From: Burkholderiales bacterium
GTDB taxonomy: Bacteria > Pseudomonadota > Gammaproteobacteria > Burkholderiales > SG8-41
Length of the DNA: 64,000 nt
Assembly: GCA_030684405.1 (NCBI GenBank)
Contig: JAUXYA010000032.1
Span: 108,992 to 172,991 of the forward strand
Direction of reading: 5' to 3'
Shown piece by piece: positions 56,073 through 64,000 of this stretch (the stretch's first letter is position 1; every line of letters starts with the position of its first letter). The translations under genes were made by a program, and so were the position numbers. The notes under the pieces are model-generated. The model ran no database searches, was not told the origin of the DNA, and saw nothing but the letters and a program-made list of their open reading frames with translations.

Positions 56073-57982
56073 CCGTCAATTACCCCAGGAAAATCGGCAA
56101 GTACGAGGTGCAGGGCATCCTCGGCCGTGGGGGTATGGGCGTGGTCTACAAGGCCTTCGACCCTGCAATCCACCGCCAGGTCGCCATCAAGACCATCACC
56201 AAGTCGACGCTGGATCCCTCCGAGATCCAGTATGCCGTGGCGCGCTTCCGTCACGAGGCGCAGGCCGTCGGCCGCCTGACGCATCCGCGTATCGCCGCCA
56301 TCTTCGATTACGGCGAGGACGAGGACCTCGCCTACATCGTCATGGAGCTGGTCAACGGTAAATCGTTGTACGAACACCTGCAGAACAAGGCGAAATTTGA
56401 TCTCGCGGAAATCGGTGAAATCATCCGCCAGCTGCTCGACGGCCTGGGTTATGCGCATGCTCAGGGGGTCGTCCACCGCGACATCAAGCCGTCAAACATC
56501 CTGATCAACGACGACGGCCGCATCAAGATCAGCGATTTCGGCATCGCCCATCTGGACTCCTCGTCGCTGACCCAGGTCGGCGAGATCATGGGCTCGCCGG
56601 GCTACATGTCGCCGGAGCAGTTCACCGGAGAGGAGCCCGATGCGCGCACCGACATCTACTCGGCCGGCGTCATCGCCTACGAGCTGCTGACCGGGCGCAA
56701 GCCCTTCACCGGCAGCAACGTGGAAATCATGCGTCAGGTGATCGGGGAGCAGCCCGACAATCCCTCGAAATTCAATCCGCGCATATCGGTGCAGCTCGAC
56801 TGGGCGACGCACAAGGCGCTGGCCAAGAAGCGCGAAGACCGCTTCCAGACCGCGCGCGAGTTCGCGCTCGGTTTCGTCCAGGGCATCGCGGCAAGCCTGC
56901 GCACCGCGAAATCTGCTGCTGAAGAGGAGTCCCGCGAGGTGCCAACCCAGCGCCTCGACCCGAAGCTGGTCTCAGCTGCAAGGGTCATTTCCGGGATGCA
57001 GGCCTCGCAGGCATCTGCTTCCGCTGCCACGGCAGTACCTGCGGTAGCGCCGACTTTCGATACCGGCGGCAAAAAGGCCAAGCTGCTGTTCGTCGACGAC
57101 GAGGAGCGCATCCTCAATGCGCTGCGCTCGGTTTTCCGCAACCAGTACAACGTGTTCACCGCCAGCAGCGGCCCGGAAGCCATGGAATTCATGAAGCGCT
57201 TCCATCCGCATGTGGTCATCAGCGACCAGCGCATGCCGGAGATGACGGGTGTCGAATTCCTGCGCCAGGTGCGGGATTTCGCGCCGCACACGGTGCGGAT
57301 ACTGCTCACCGGCTATTCCGACCTCGCCTCCATCGTCGGCTCGATCAACGACGGCGAGGTTTTCCGTTTTATCAGCAAGCCGTGGAACAACACCGAAATC
57401 CAGAAAACGATAGACGAGGCGGCGGCCATTGCGATCGAGCTGACCGACATGGCAACCTCCCCGGCAATCGTGCCAGACAAGGTCAGCAGCGGCATCCTCG
57501 TGCTCAATCCCGACCAGAGCGTGTTCAGGGCCGTCAACGAACTGATGGGCAGCGTCTGTCCGGTGATCGATGCCCCTGACATGGACCGCGCGCTGGCGAT
57601 TCTCGCCGACCGCGAAATCGCGGTCATCATCGCCGACATCCGCAGCAGCGACCAGAAGGCACTGGCGGCTTTCAAGCTGCTGAAGCAGGATCATCCCGAG
57701 ATACTCGCCATCCTTACCACCGACGCTTCGGACTCGGAAGTGGTCATCGACCTGATCAACCAGGCGCAGGTATTCCGTTTCCTCAGCAAGCCGCTTAACC
57801 TGAAGCTGCTGCAGCAGCATGTACACGCAGCGCTGGCGCGTTATCAGGCCTTCCGCAAGACGCCGAAGCTGCTGAAGCAGCATCGCGTCGCGGCAGCCCG
57901 CGAACCGGAGGGCGGATCCTCGATGCTCGACCAGCTGCGCGAACGCATCCGCTCGGTCAAATCCTGGTTTGGCGTCGGCTGA
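56069..57982 (+). CDS. Hanks-type Ser/Thr protein kinase fused to two C-terminal receiver (REC) domains
   Basis: The ATG overlaps the HK stop (ATGA). Kinase motifs: GRGGMGVVYKA, VAIK, HRDIKPSN, DFGIA, SPGYMSPE. REC1 is at about 57077..57433 (FVDDEE, VISDQRMP, LLTGYSD, ISKPW). REC2 is at about 57491..57844 (LVLNPDQ, IIADIRS, ILTTDAS, LSKPL). Confidence 0.9.
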   Translation: MTVNYPRKIGKYEVQGILGRGGMGVVYKAFDPAIHRQVAIKTITKSTLDPSEIQYAVARFRHEAQAVGRLTHPRIAAIFDYGEDEDLAYIVMELVNGKSLYEHLQNKAKFDLAEIGEIIRQLLDGLGYAHAQGVVHRDIKPSNILINDDGRIKISDFGIAHLDSSSLTQVGEIMGSPGYMSPEQFTGEEPDARTDIYSAGVIAYELLTGRKPFTGSNVEIMRQVIGEQPDNPSKFNPRISVQLDWATHKALAKKREDRFQTAREFALGFVQGIAASLRTAKSAAEEESREVPTQRLDPKLVSAARVISGMQASQASASAATAVPAVAPTFDTGGKKAKLLFVDDEERILNALRSVFRNQYNVFTASSGPEAMEFMKRFHPHVVISDQRMPEMTGVEFLRQVRDFAPHTVRILLTGYSDLASIVGSINDGEVFRFISKPWNNTEIQKTIDEAAAIAIELTDMATSPAIVPDKVSSGILVLNPDQSVFRAVNELMGSVCPVIDAPDMDRALAILADREIAVIIADIRSSDQKALAAFKLLKQDHPEILAILTTDASDSEVVIDLINQAQVFRFLSKPLNLKLLQQHVHAALARYQAFRKTPKLLKQHRVAAAREPEGGSSMLDQLRERIRSVKSWFGVG

Positions 57983-58001
57983 AGCCGCAGCCCCCCGCAG
58001 T

Positions 58002-58898
58002 TCAAACCCAGTCCTTCTCCACCAGAAAATCGCTATAGAGCTGCGCTTCGGGCGTACCGGGCTGCGGCGCCCAATCGTAGCGCCAGTGCACGACCGGGGG
58101 CAGTGACATCAGGATCGATTCGGTGCGCCCGCCCGACTGCAGGCCGAACAGAGTACCGCGATCGTAGACCAGGTTGAATTCGACATAGCGGCCGCGGCGG
58201 TAAGCCTGGAAATCGCGTTCACGCTCGCCGTAGGCCAGGTTGCGGCGACGCTCGACGATCGGGACATAGGCCGGCAGGAAATGGTCGCCGACGCTGCGCG
58301 TCAGTGCGAAGCAACTGTCGAAATCCGGGGTTCCGAGGTCGTCGAAGAATATGCCACCCACGCCACGCGGCTCCTTGCGGTGCTTCAGGAAAAAATAGCG
58401 GTCACACCAGGCTTTGAACTGCGAATGGTATTCCGCGCCGAAGGGTGTCAGCGCGTCGCGGCAGCTGCGGTGGAAGTGCACGGCGTCATCCTCAAAGCCG
58501 TAGTACGGCGTAAGGTCCATGCCACCGCCGAACCACCACACCGGCGCCGCACCGGTCTTTTCCGCAACGAAACAGCGCACGTTCATATGCACTGTGGGCA
58601 CGTAGGGATTACGCGGATGCAGCACCAGCGACACACCCATCGCCTGGAAGGAGCGGCCGGCGAGTTCCGGCCGGGCCGCGGATGCCGAGGGCGGCAGGTT
58701 GTCGCCGAACACATGTGAGAAACCAACGCCACCGCGCTCGAACAACGCGCCGTTCTCGATCAGCCGGGTGATGCCGCCGCCGCCCTGCGGTCGCTGCCAC
58801 TCATCGCGGATAAAGCTGCCGCCGTCGAGCGCGGCGAGGCCGTCAACGATCGACGACTGCAGGCCGGTGAGGTAAGTCTTGACTGCGGCGATGTCCAT
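58002..58898 (-). CDS. hemF: oxygen-dependent coproporphyrinogen III oxidase
   Basis: 298 aa. [46 protein letters not shown]. Confidence 0.96.
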   Translation of the reverse strand: MDIAAVKTYLTGLQSSIVDGLAALDGGSFIRDEWQRPQGGGGITRLIENGALFERGGVGFSHVFGDNLPPSASAARPELAGRSFQAMGVSLVLHPRNPYVPTVHMNVRCFVAEKTGAAPVWWFGGGMDLTPYYGFEDDAVHFHRSCRDALTPFGAEYHSQFKAWCDRYFFLKHRKEPRGVGGIFFDDLGTPDFDSCFALTRSVGDHFLPAYVPIVERRRNLAYGERERDFQAYRRGRYVEFNLVYDRGTLFGLQSGGRTESILMSLPPVVHWRYDWAPQPGTPEAQLYSDFLVEKDWV

Positions 58899-58930
58899 CG
58901 GAAATTCCGGCTGCTGTGGCGCCGCAGACG

Positions 58931-60208
58931 CTACTTACGCCCGGCGGCGACCGCGCGATGACCGATGTCGCGGCGGCACTGCATGCCGTCGAAGCGGACC
59001 TGGTCGACGATCTCGTAGGCGCGCTTCTGCGCGGTGCGCGTGTTGTGGCCGAGCGCCGTGACGCAGAGCACACGGCCGCCGCTGGTCACCACGTCCCGGC
59101 CCAACAGCGCGGTGCCGGCATGGAATACGTGGAAGTCCTCGCCTGACGGCGGCAGGCCGCGTATGACGTCACCCTTGCGCGGATCTTCGGGATAATTCGC
59201 CGCCGCCAGCACCACGCCCAGCGCGACACGCGGATCCCATTCCGCTTCGGCAGTATCGAGTTTGCCGTCGACCGCCGCTTCGAGCAGTCCGACAAGGTCG
59301 CTTTTCAGGCGCATCATGATCGGCTGGGTTTCAGGGTCCCCCATGCGGCAGTTGAACTCGAGCACCTTGAGCGTGCCGCCGGCACCGATCATCAGGCCTG
59401 CGTAAAGAAAACCGGTGTAGGGAATGCCGTCGGCGGCCATGCCTGCAATCACCGGCTGGATCACTTCGCGCATCACCCGCGCATGGACTTCCGGTGTCAC
59501 CACCGGTGCCGGTGAGTAGGCGCCCATGCCGCCGGTGTTCGGACCCTGATCGCCGTCCTTCAGGCGCTTGTGGTCCTGGCTGCTGGCCAGTGCCAGCGCG
59601 TTGCGGCCGTCGGCAAGCACGATGAAACTCGCCTCCTCGCCTTCGAGGAACTCTTCGATCACCACCCGCGCGCCGGCGCTGCCCATGCGATTGCCAACCA
59701 GCATCATGTCAACCGCGGCATGCGCCTCATCGAGGCTCATCGCCACCACCACACCCTTGCCGGCCGCGAGGCCGTCGGCCTTGATCACGATCGGCGCGCC
59801 TTCGCGGTCAATGTACGCATGCGCCGCGGCGGCATCGGTGAAGGTCGAATGTTTCGCTGTCGGAAGCCCGTGGCGCACCATGAACCGCTTGGCGAAATCC
59901 TTGGAGCTTTCGAGCTGCGCCGCTTTCTGCGTCGGCCCGAAGATGCGGTGCCCGGCAGCGCGCACGGCATCGACGACGCCCGCAGCAAGCGGTGCCTCGG
60001 GGCCGACCACTGTCAGTGCAATATCATTTTTATCAATAAAATCAATAACTTGCTGATTTTCACCAAGCATGACGTTCTGCAGACCGTCTTCGCCCGCAGT
60101 GCCGGCATTGCCGGGAGCCACATACACCATCTGCACCCGCGGTGACTGCGCCAGCTTCCAGGCCAGCGCATGTTCGCGGCCGCCGCCGCCGATGACCAGG
60201 ATTTTCAT
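58931..60208 (-). CDS. purD: phosphoribosylamine-glycine ligase
   Basis: 425 aa. [22 protein letters not shown], followed by ATP-grasp motifs. Its start overlaps the purH stop by 1 nt (TGATG). Confidence 0.97.
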   Translation of the reverse strand: MKILVIGGGGREHALAWKLAQSPRVQMVYVAPGNAGTAGEDGLQNVMLGENQQVIDFIDKNDIALTVVGPEAPLAAGVVDAVRAAGHRIFGPTQKAAQLESSKDFAKRFMVRHGLPTAKHSTFTDAAAAHAYIDREGAPIVIKADGLAAGKGVVVAMSLDEAHAAVDMMLVGNRMGSAGARVVIEEFLEGEEASFIVLADGRNALALASSQDHKRLKDGDQGPNTGGMGAYSPAPVVTPEVHARVMREVIQPVIAGMAADGIPYTGFLYAGLMIGAGGTLKVLEFNCRMGDPETQPIMMRLKSDLVGLLEAAVDGKLDTAEAEWDPRVALGVVLAAANYPEDPRKGDVIRGLPPSGEDFHVFHAGTALLGRDVVTSGGRVLCVTALGHNTRTAQKRAYEIVDQVRFDGMQCRRDIGHRAVAAGRK

Positions 60209-61770
60209 CAGTGCCGGAAATGCCGGAAGCCGGTGAACACCATCGCGATGCCGTGTTCGTCGGCGGCGGCGATGACTTCTTCGTCACGCAGGCTGCCGCC
60301 GGGCTGGATGATCGCGGTGGCGCCGGCTGCCGCCACCACGTCCACGCCGTCGCGGAACGGGAAAAAGGCGTCCGAAGCCACCACCGAGCCGGCGAGTTTC
60401 AGACCGGCGTTTTCCGCCTTGATCGAAGCGATGCGCGCCGAATCGACACGGCTCATCTGGCCGGCACCGACGCCCAACGTCGTTCCATTGCCGCAAAACA
60501 CGATCGCATTCGACTTGACGAACTTGGCGACGCGCCACGCAAAAAGCAGATCCGCGAGCTGCGCATCCGTCGGCGGTTTGCGACTGACCACCTTCAGGCC
60601 GGCCACTGCGACATTCAGTGCATCGGGCGTCTGCACCAGGACACCGCCACCGACGCGCTTGACGTCGAAGCGGTTTGCGCCCGCAGTGAGCGGCACTTCC
60701 AGCACGCGGATGTTGGCCTTCTGCGCAAACACCGCCAGTGCTTCAGGCGCGATTTTTGGCGCGATGATCACTTCGACGAACTGTTTTGAGATCGCCTGCG
60801 CGGCTACGGCATCCAGCGCGCGGTTCACCGCAATGATGCCGCCGAAGGCGGAAGTTGGATCGGTGGCAAAGGCCTTGTCATAGGCGGCCGCCACATCCGC
60901 ACCGACAGCCACACCACAGGGATTGGCATGCTTGACGATCACGCAGGCCGGCGCATCAAAAGTCTTCACGCATTCCCAGGCGGCGTCAGCGTCGGAAATG
61001 TTGTTGTATGACAGCTCCTTGCCCTGCAGCTGGCAATAGCCGGCGAGGCTGCCCTGCGCTGGCACCAAATCGCGGAAAAACGCAGCCTGCTGATGTGGAT
61101 TCTCCCCATAGCGCAGGGCCTGCATCTGTTCGAAATGCAAATTGAGCCGCTGCGGAAACGCGGCAAGCCGGCCATCAGCTTGCAGCGCAGTCAGGTAATT
61201 ACTGATCGCACCGTCATAGGCGGCGGTATGCGAGAAGGCCTTGCAGGCAAGGCGAAATCGCGTTTCAGCGCCGACGGCGCCGCTGGCGCTGGACATTTCT
61301 TTCAGTATGCCCGGGTAGTCTGCGGGGTCAGTGACCACGGCGACATGCTGGTGGTTCTTAGCGGCGCTGCGCACCATCGCGGGTCCGCCGATATCGATGT
61401 TTTCGATGGCCTCGGCCAGGGTGCACCCGTCCTTCGCGATGGTCTGCGTGAAGGGATAGAGGTTGATCACCGCCATGTCGATGCCGCTGATACCCGCCTT
61501 CTGCATCGCGGCGACGTGTTCCGGCAGGTCGCGCCGGCCAAGCAGTCCGCCATGGATCTTCGGGTGCAAAGTCTTGACCCGGCCATCAAGCATCTCCGGA
61601 AACCCCGTGTAATCCGCAACTTCGGTGACTTCGAGGCCGGCTTCACGCAGCAGCTTTGCGGTGCCCCCGGTCGACAGCAGGGCAACGCCGAAGCCGGCCA
61701 ACCCGCGCGCGAATTCGACGAGCCCCGCCTTTTCCGAAACGCTGATCAATGCCTGTTTGATGTTAGCCAT
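60208..61770 (-). CDS. purH: bifunctional AICAR formyltransferase / IMP cyclohydrolase
   Basis: 520 aa. [18 protein letters not shown]...[11 protein letters not shown]...[13 protein letters not shown], and the C-terminal FTGFRHFRH. Confidence 0.97.
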   Translation of the reverse strand: MANIKQALISVSEKAGLVEFARGLAGFGVALLSTGGTAKLLREAGLEVTEVADYTGFPEMLDGRVKTLHPKIHGGLLGRRDLPEHVAAMQKAGISGIDMAVINLYPFTQTIAKDGCTLAEAIENIDIGGPAMVRSAAKNHQHVAVVTDPADYPGILKEMSSASGAVGAETRFRLACKAFSHTAAYDGAISNYLTALQADGRLAAFPQRLNLHFEQMQALRYGENPHQQAAFFRDLVPAQGSLAGYCQLQGKELSYNNISDADAAWECVKTFDAPACVIVKHANPCGVAVGADVAAAYDKAFATDPTSAFGGIIAVNRALDAVAAQAISKQFVEVIIAPKIAPEALAVFAQKANIRVLEVPLTAGANRFDVKRVGGGVLVQTPDALNVAVAGLKVVSRKPPTDAQLADLLFAWRVAKFVKSNAIVFCGNGTTLGVGAGQMSRVDSARIASIKAENAGLKLAGSVVASDAFFPFRDGVDVVAAAGATAIIQPGGSLRDEEVIAAADEHGIAMVFTGFRHFRH

Positions 61771-61820
61771 GGCTGCGACTGAAAGAATGCCGGGAAATGC
61801 GGAGTGAACCCGGGCCCGGG

Positions 61821-62060
61821 TCAGAACTTGATGTTGTAGCTCTTTATTTTCTTGCGCAGCGTATTGCGGTTGATGCCGAGCATCGCCGCTGCATGCGACT
61901 GGTTGCCGCGCACCTTGTGCAGTACTGATTCGAGCAACGGCTTTTCCACGCTGCCAATGACCATATCGTAGACACCGCTGGCCTTCTCGCCGTCGAGATC
62001 CTTGAAATAACCGTCGATCGCGCGGCGCACGACACGGGCCATTTCGGTTTCATTCATCAT
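61821..62060 (-). CDS. fis: Fis-family DNA-binding protein
   Basis: 79 aa. The C-terminal HTH is [26 protein letters not shown]. It lies directly downstream of dusB and overlaps it by 4 nt, as in the conserved dusB-fis operon. Confidence 0.9.
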   Translation of the reverse strand: MMNETEMARVVRRAIDGYFKDLDGEKASGVYDMVIGSVEKPLLESVLHKVRGNQSHAAAMLGINRNTLRKKIKSYNIKF

Positions 62061-63127
62061 GCTGCAAGTTCCTCCACATAGGTCAGGCGCTCACCCAGAC
62101 CCGAAAGTTCAGCAAAAAACCTGTTCACGGCGTCGATCTGCTCAGCGCAGGTCTGCAGCTGGTTCATGCCGTGACGGAAAGCTGCGGATCCGGCCAGTCC
62201 CTTGGTGTACCAGGAGATGTGCTTGCGGGCGACACGGACGCCAGTGTGTTCACCGTAAAAGCCGTACAGGTCGTGCAGATGCGCTACGAGCACGCGATGG
62301 ATTTCTTCCACTGCCGGCGGCGGCAGATGCCGGCCGGTTTCGAGGAAATGGGTAATCTCGCGGAACATCCACGGACGGCCCTGAGCCGCGCGGCCGATCA
62401 TCACCGCGTCCGCGCCGGTGTACTCCAGCACGTATTTCGCGCGTTCCGGGCTGGTGATGTCGCCGTTGGCGATGACCGGAATGCGGATCTCCGCCTTGAC
62501 CGCGGCAATGGTGTCGTACTCGGCCTCACCGCTGTAACCGCAGGCGCGGGTGCGGCCGTGGATCGCCAGCGCCTGGATACCGGCGCTTTCGGCAATACGC
62601 GCAACCATGCGCGCATTGCGGTGATCGCGGTCCCAGCCGGTGCGTATCTTCAGTGTCACCGGCACATCGACCGCACCGACCACAGCATCAAGAATGCGTG
62701 CGACCAGCGGCTCGTCTTTCAGCAGGGCCGAGCCAGCCATCACGTTGCAGACTTTTTTTGCCGGGCAGCCCATGTTGATGTCGATGATCTGCGCACCCTG
62801 GTCGACGTTGTAGCGTGCGGCATCCGCGAGCATCTGCGGATCGGCGCCGGCAATCTGCACCGAGATCGGATCGACTTCACCATCGTGATTGGCGCGGCGT
62901 CGGGTTTTTTCGGAACCCCAAAGCAGGGAATTGCTGGCGACCATCTCCGACACGGCCATGCCGGCGCCCATCGTCTTGCACAACTGGCGGAACGGACGGT
63001 CGGTCACGCCCGCCATCGGTGCCACGATGAGGTTGTTCTTCAGCTGAAGGGAACCGATGCGCACCGGTGTTGTTCTTTTGCAGGTGTCGGGAGAAAGGGC
63101 GCCATTGTAATCACACCGGCGCGGCAT
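62057..63127 (-). CDS. dusB: tRNA-dihydrouridine synthase B
   Basis: IGSLQLKNNLIVAPMAGVTDRPFRQLC, and DINMGCPAKKV with the catalytic Cys. The true start may be the GTG at 63064 (VRIGSLQL) rather than the ATG at 63127. Confidence 0.92.
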   Translation of the reverse strand: MPRRCDYNGALSPDTCKRTTPVRIGSLQLKNNLIVAPMAGVTDRPFRQLCKTMGAGMAVSEMVASNSLLWGSEKTRRRANHDGEVDPISVQIAGADPQMLADAARYNVDQGAQIIDINMGCPAKKVCNVMAGSALLKDEPLVARILDAVVGAVDVPVTLKIRTGWDRDHRNARMVARIAESAGIQALAIHGRTRACGYSGEAEYDTIAAVKAEIRIPVIANGDITSPERAKYVLEYTGADAVMIGRAAQGRPWMFREITHFLETGRHLPPPAVEEIHRVLVAHLHDLYGFYGEHTGVRVARKHISWYTKGLAGSAAFRHGMNQLQTCAEQIDAVNRFFAELSGLGERLTYVEELAA

Positions 63128-63293
63128 GCAAAGTAAAATGTGCCTCTTTTTTGGGCAGCCGTGTCGTTTACACCACGCACAATCGTATCCAGCGCCGATC
63201 GCTGCAGAAAATCTTCTTTGCGATGAACACCTTTAGTGCGGATTGCTCGAAAGCCACCTGCAGATTGCCGGACAGGCCACCGGTTCGCGCCGT

Positions 63294-64000
63294 TCAGCCG
63301 CGCGCGCCGAACGTCATGCGTCTTGCGAGAAAATTTTTCAGCGGCGGCACACTGCCGAGCAATGCAAGCCCCATGCCACGCGCGAGGCGCAATGGCGGAA
63401 ACTCGTTGGAAAACAGCCTGACCAGTCCGTGCGTGAATCCGATGCCACCGCCGCGATCGATGCTGCGGCGGCGCCGGTAAGCCTGCAGCCAGGCGTCGGA
63501 GCCCAGCGGATCAGTTCCGTCGTGGATGATCTGCTCAGCAAGCTCCCATGCATCGCGCAATCCGAGATTGAATCCCTGTCCTGCAACCGGATGCAGTGTC
63601 TGCGCGGCATTTCCGATGAACACGACGTGGCCGGCATCGGCAGAAGCGCGCCGCCGGCGCAAAGCATGACTGACACGCGCCGACACCGCAGTGAAGCGGC
63701 CGGCACGACCACCAAATTCGTTTTGCAGTTGAGCCAGGAAATCCGGCGCGTCCGCCGCACACAGATCCAGTGCACGCTCCGGCGTAGTCGTCCATACCAG
63801 AGCCCACCCCTCAGCATCAGGCAGCAGCGCCAGCGGCCCCTGGGGGGTGAAGCGCTCGTAAGCCGTGTTGTTATGCGGGCGCTCACTTACGACATGTGCC
63901 GTCACTGCGCATTGCCGATAATCTTCGGATCCGGCATCGGACACAGCGCCGCCGTCAGCGATGACCGCGAGCGCGGTATGCAACTCTTTCGTTTCTCCGT
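63294..64000 (-). CDS. UbiH/UbiF/VisC/COQ6-family FAD-dependent hydroxylase (partial, N-terminus beyond window)
   Basis: The frame stays open to the window edge. AVIADGG...VVFIGNAAQTLHPVAGQGFNLGLRDAWELAEQI is the family fingerprint. Confidence 0.85.
   Translation of the reverse strand, partial: GETKELHTALAVIADGGAVSDAGSEDYRQCAVTAHVVSERPHNNTAYERFTPQGPLALLPDAEGWALVWTTTPERALDLCAADAPDFLAQLQNEFGGRAGRFTAVSARVSHALRRRRASADAGHVVFIGNAAQTLHPVAGQGFNLGLRDAWELAEQIIHDGTDPLGSDAWLQAYRRRRSIDRGGGIGFTHGLVRLFSNEFPPLRLARGMGLALLGSVPPLKNFLARRMTFGARG

Overview
This is a high-G+C bacterial chromosomal segment, with about 40 of 60 bases G+C in sampled flank lines. It looks most like a betaproteobacterium (Rhodocyclales or Burkholderiales). 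That placement is inferred from four orphan Bug/TctC binding proteins, the dusB-fis-purH-purD and ubiC-ubiA synteny, and a groESL operon carrying a CIRCE operator. I can support about 58 protein-coding genes, one gene relic, two tRNAs (Phe-GAA and Ala-CGC, both on the minus strand), several intrinsic terminators and one perfect CIRCE operator. I saw no rRNA, CRISPR array, transposase or integrase.

Housekeeping content: groES/groEL, bioA, dacB, ubiC-ubiA-ubiD, recG, ridA, lgt, ilvD, metY, hemF, purD, purH, fis, dusB and a partial ubiH-family hydroxylase.

Accessory content: an iron-type ABC importer, a LIV-type ABC importer, CoA-transferase/hydratase/lyase genes, a sulfatase, a voltage-gated sodium channel homologue, and a giant DUF748/AsmA-like protein.

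The items most worth a second look:
1. 46143..47468: a tightly linked pair. One gene encodes an exported single-pass membrane protein with an internal double-glycine-leader-like motif. The other encodes a lipoprotein with a C39-like cysteine-peptidase domain and a TPR tail. The pair sits between an intact metY and an 88-percent-identical metY relic.
2. 26255..29441: bioA, a cpYpsA-type SLOG protein and a beta-CASP metallo-nuclease, translationally coupled by ATGA overlaps.
3. 49483..57982: a LIV-type ABC operon that runs without a gap into a sensor histidine kinase and a Hanks-type Ser/Thr kinase fused to two receiver domains.
4. 11766..21300: a roughly 9.5-kb low-G+C block carrying a leaderless Cys-type sulfatase, a D-cysteine-desulfhydrase-like enzyme and an itaconate-like CoA-ester catabolic set.

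All family assignments come from motif recognition by eye. No database search was run.
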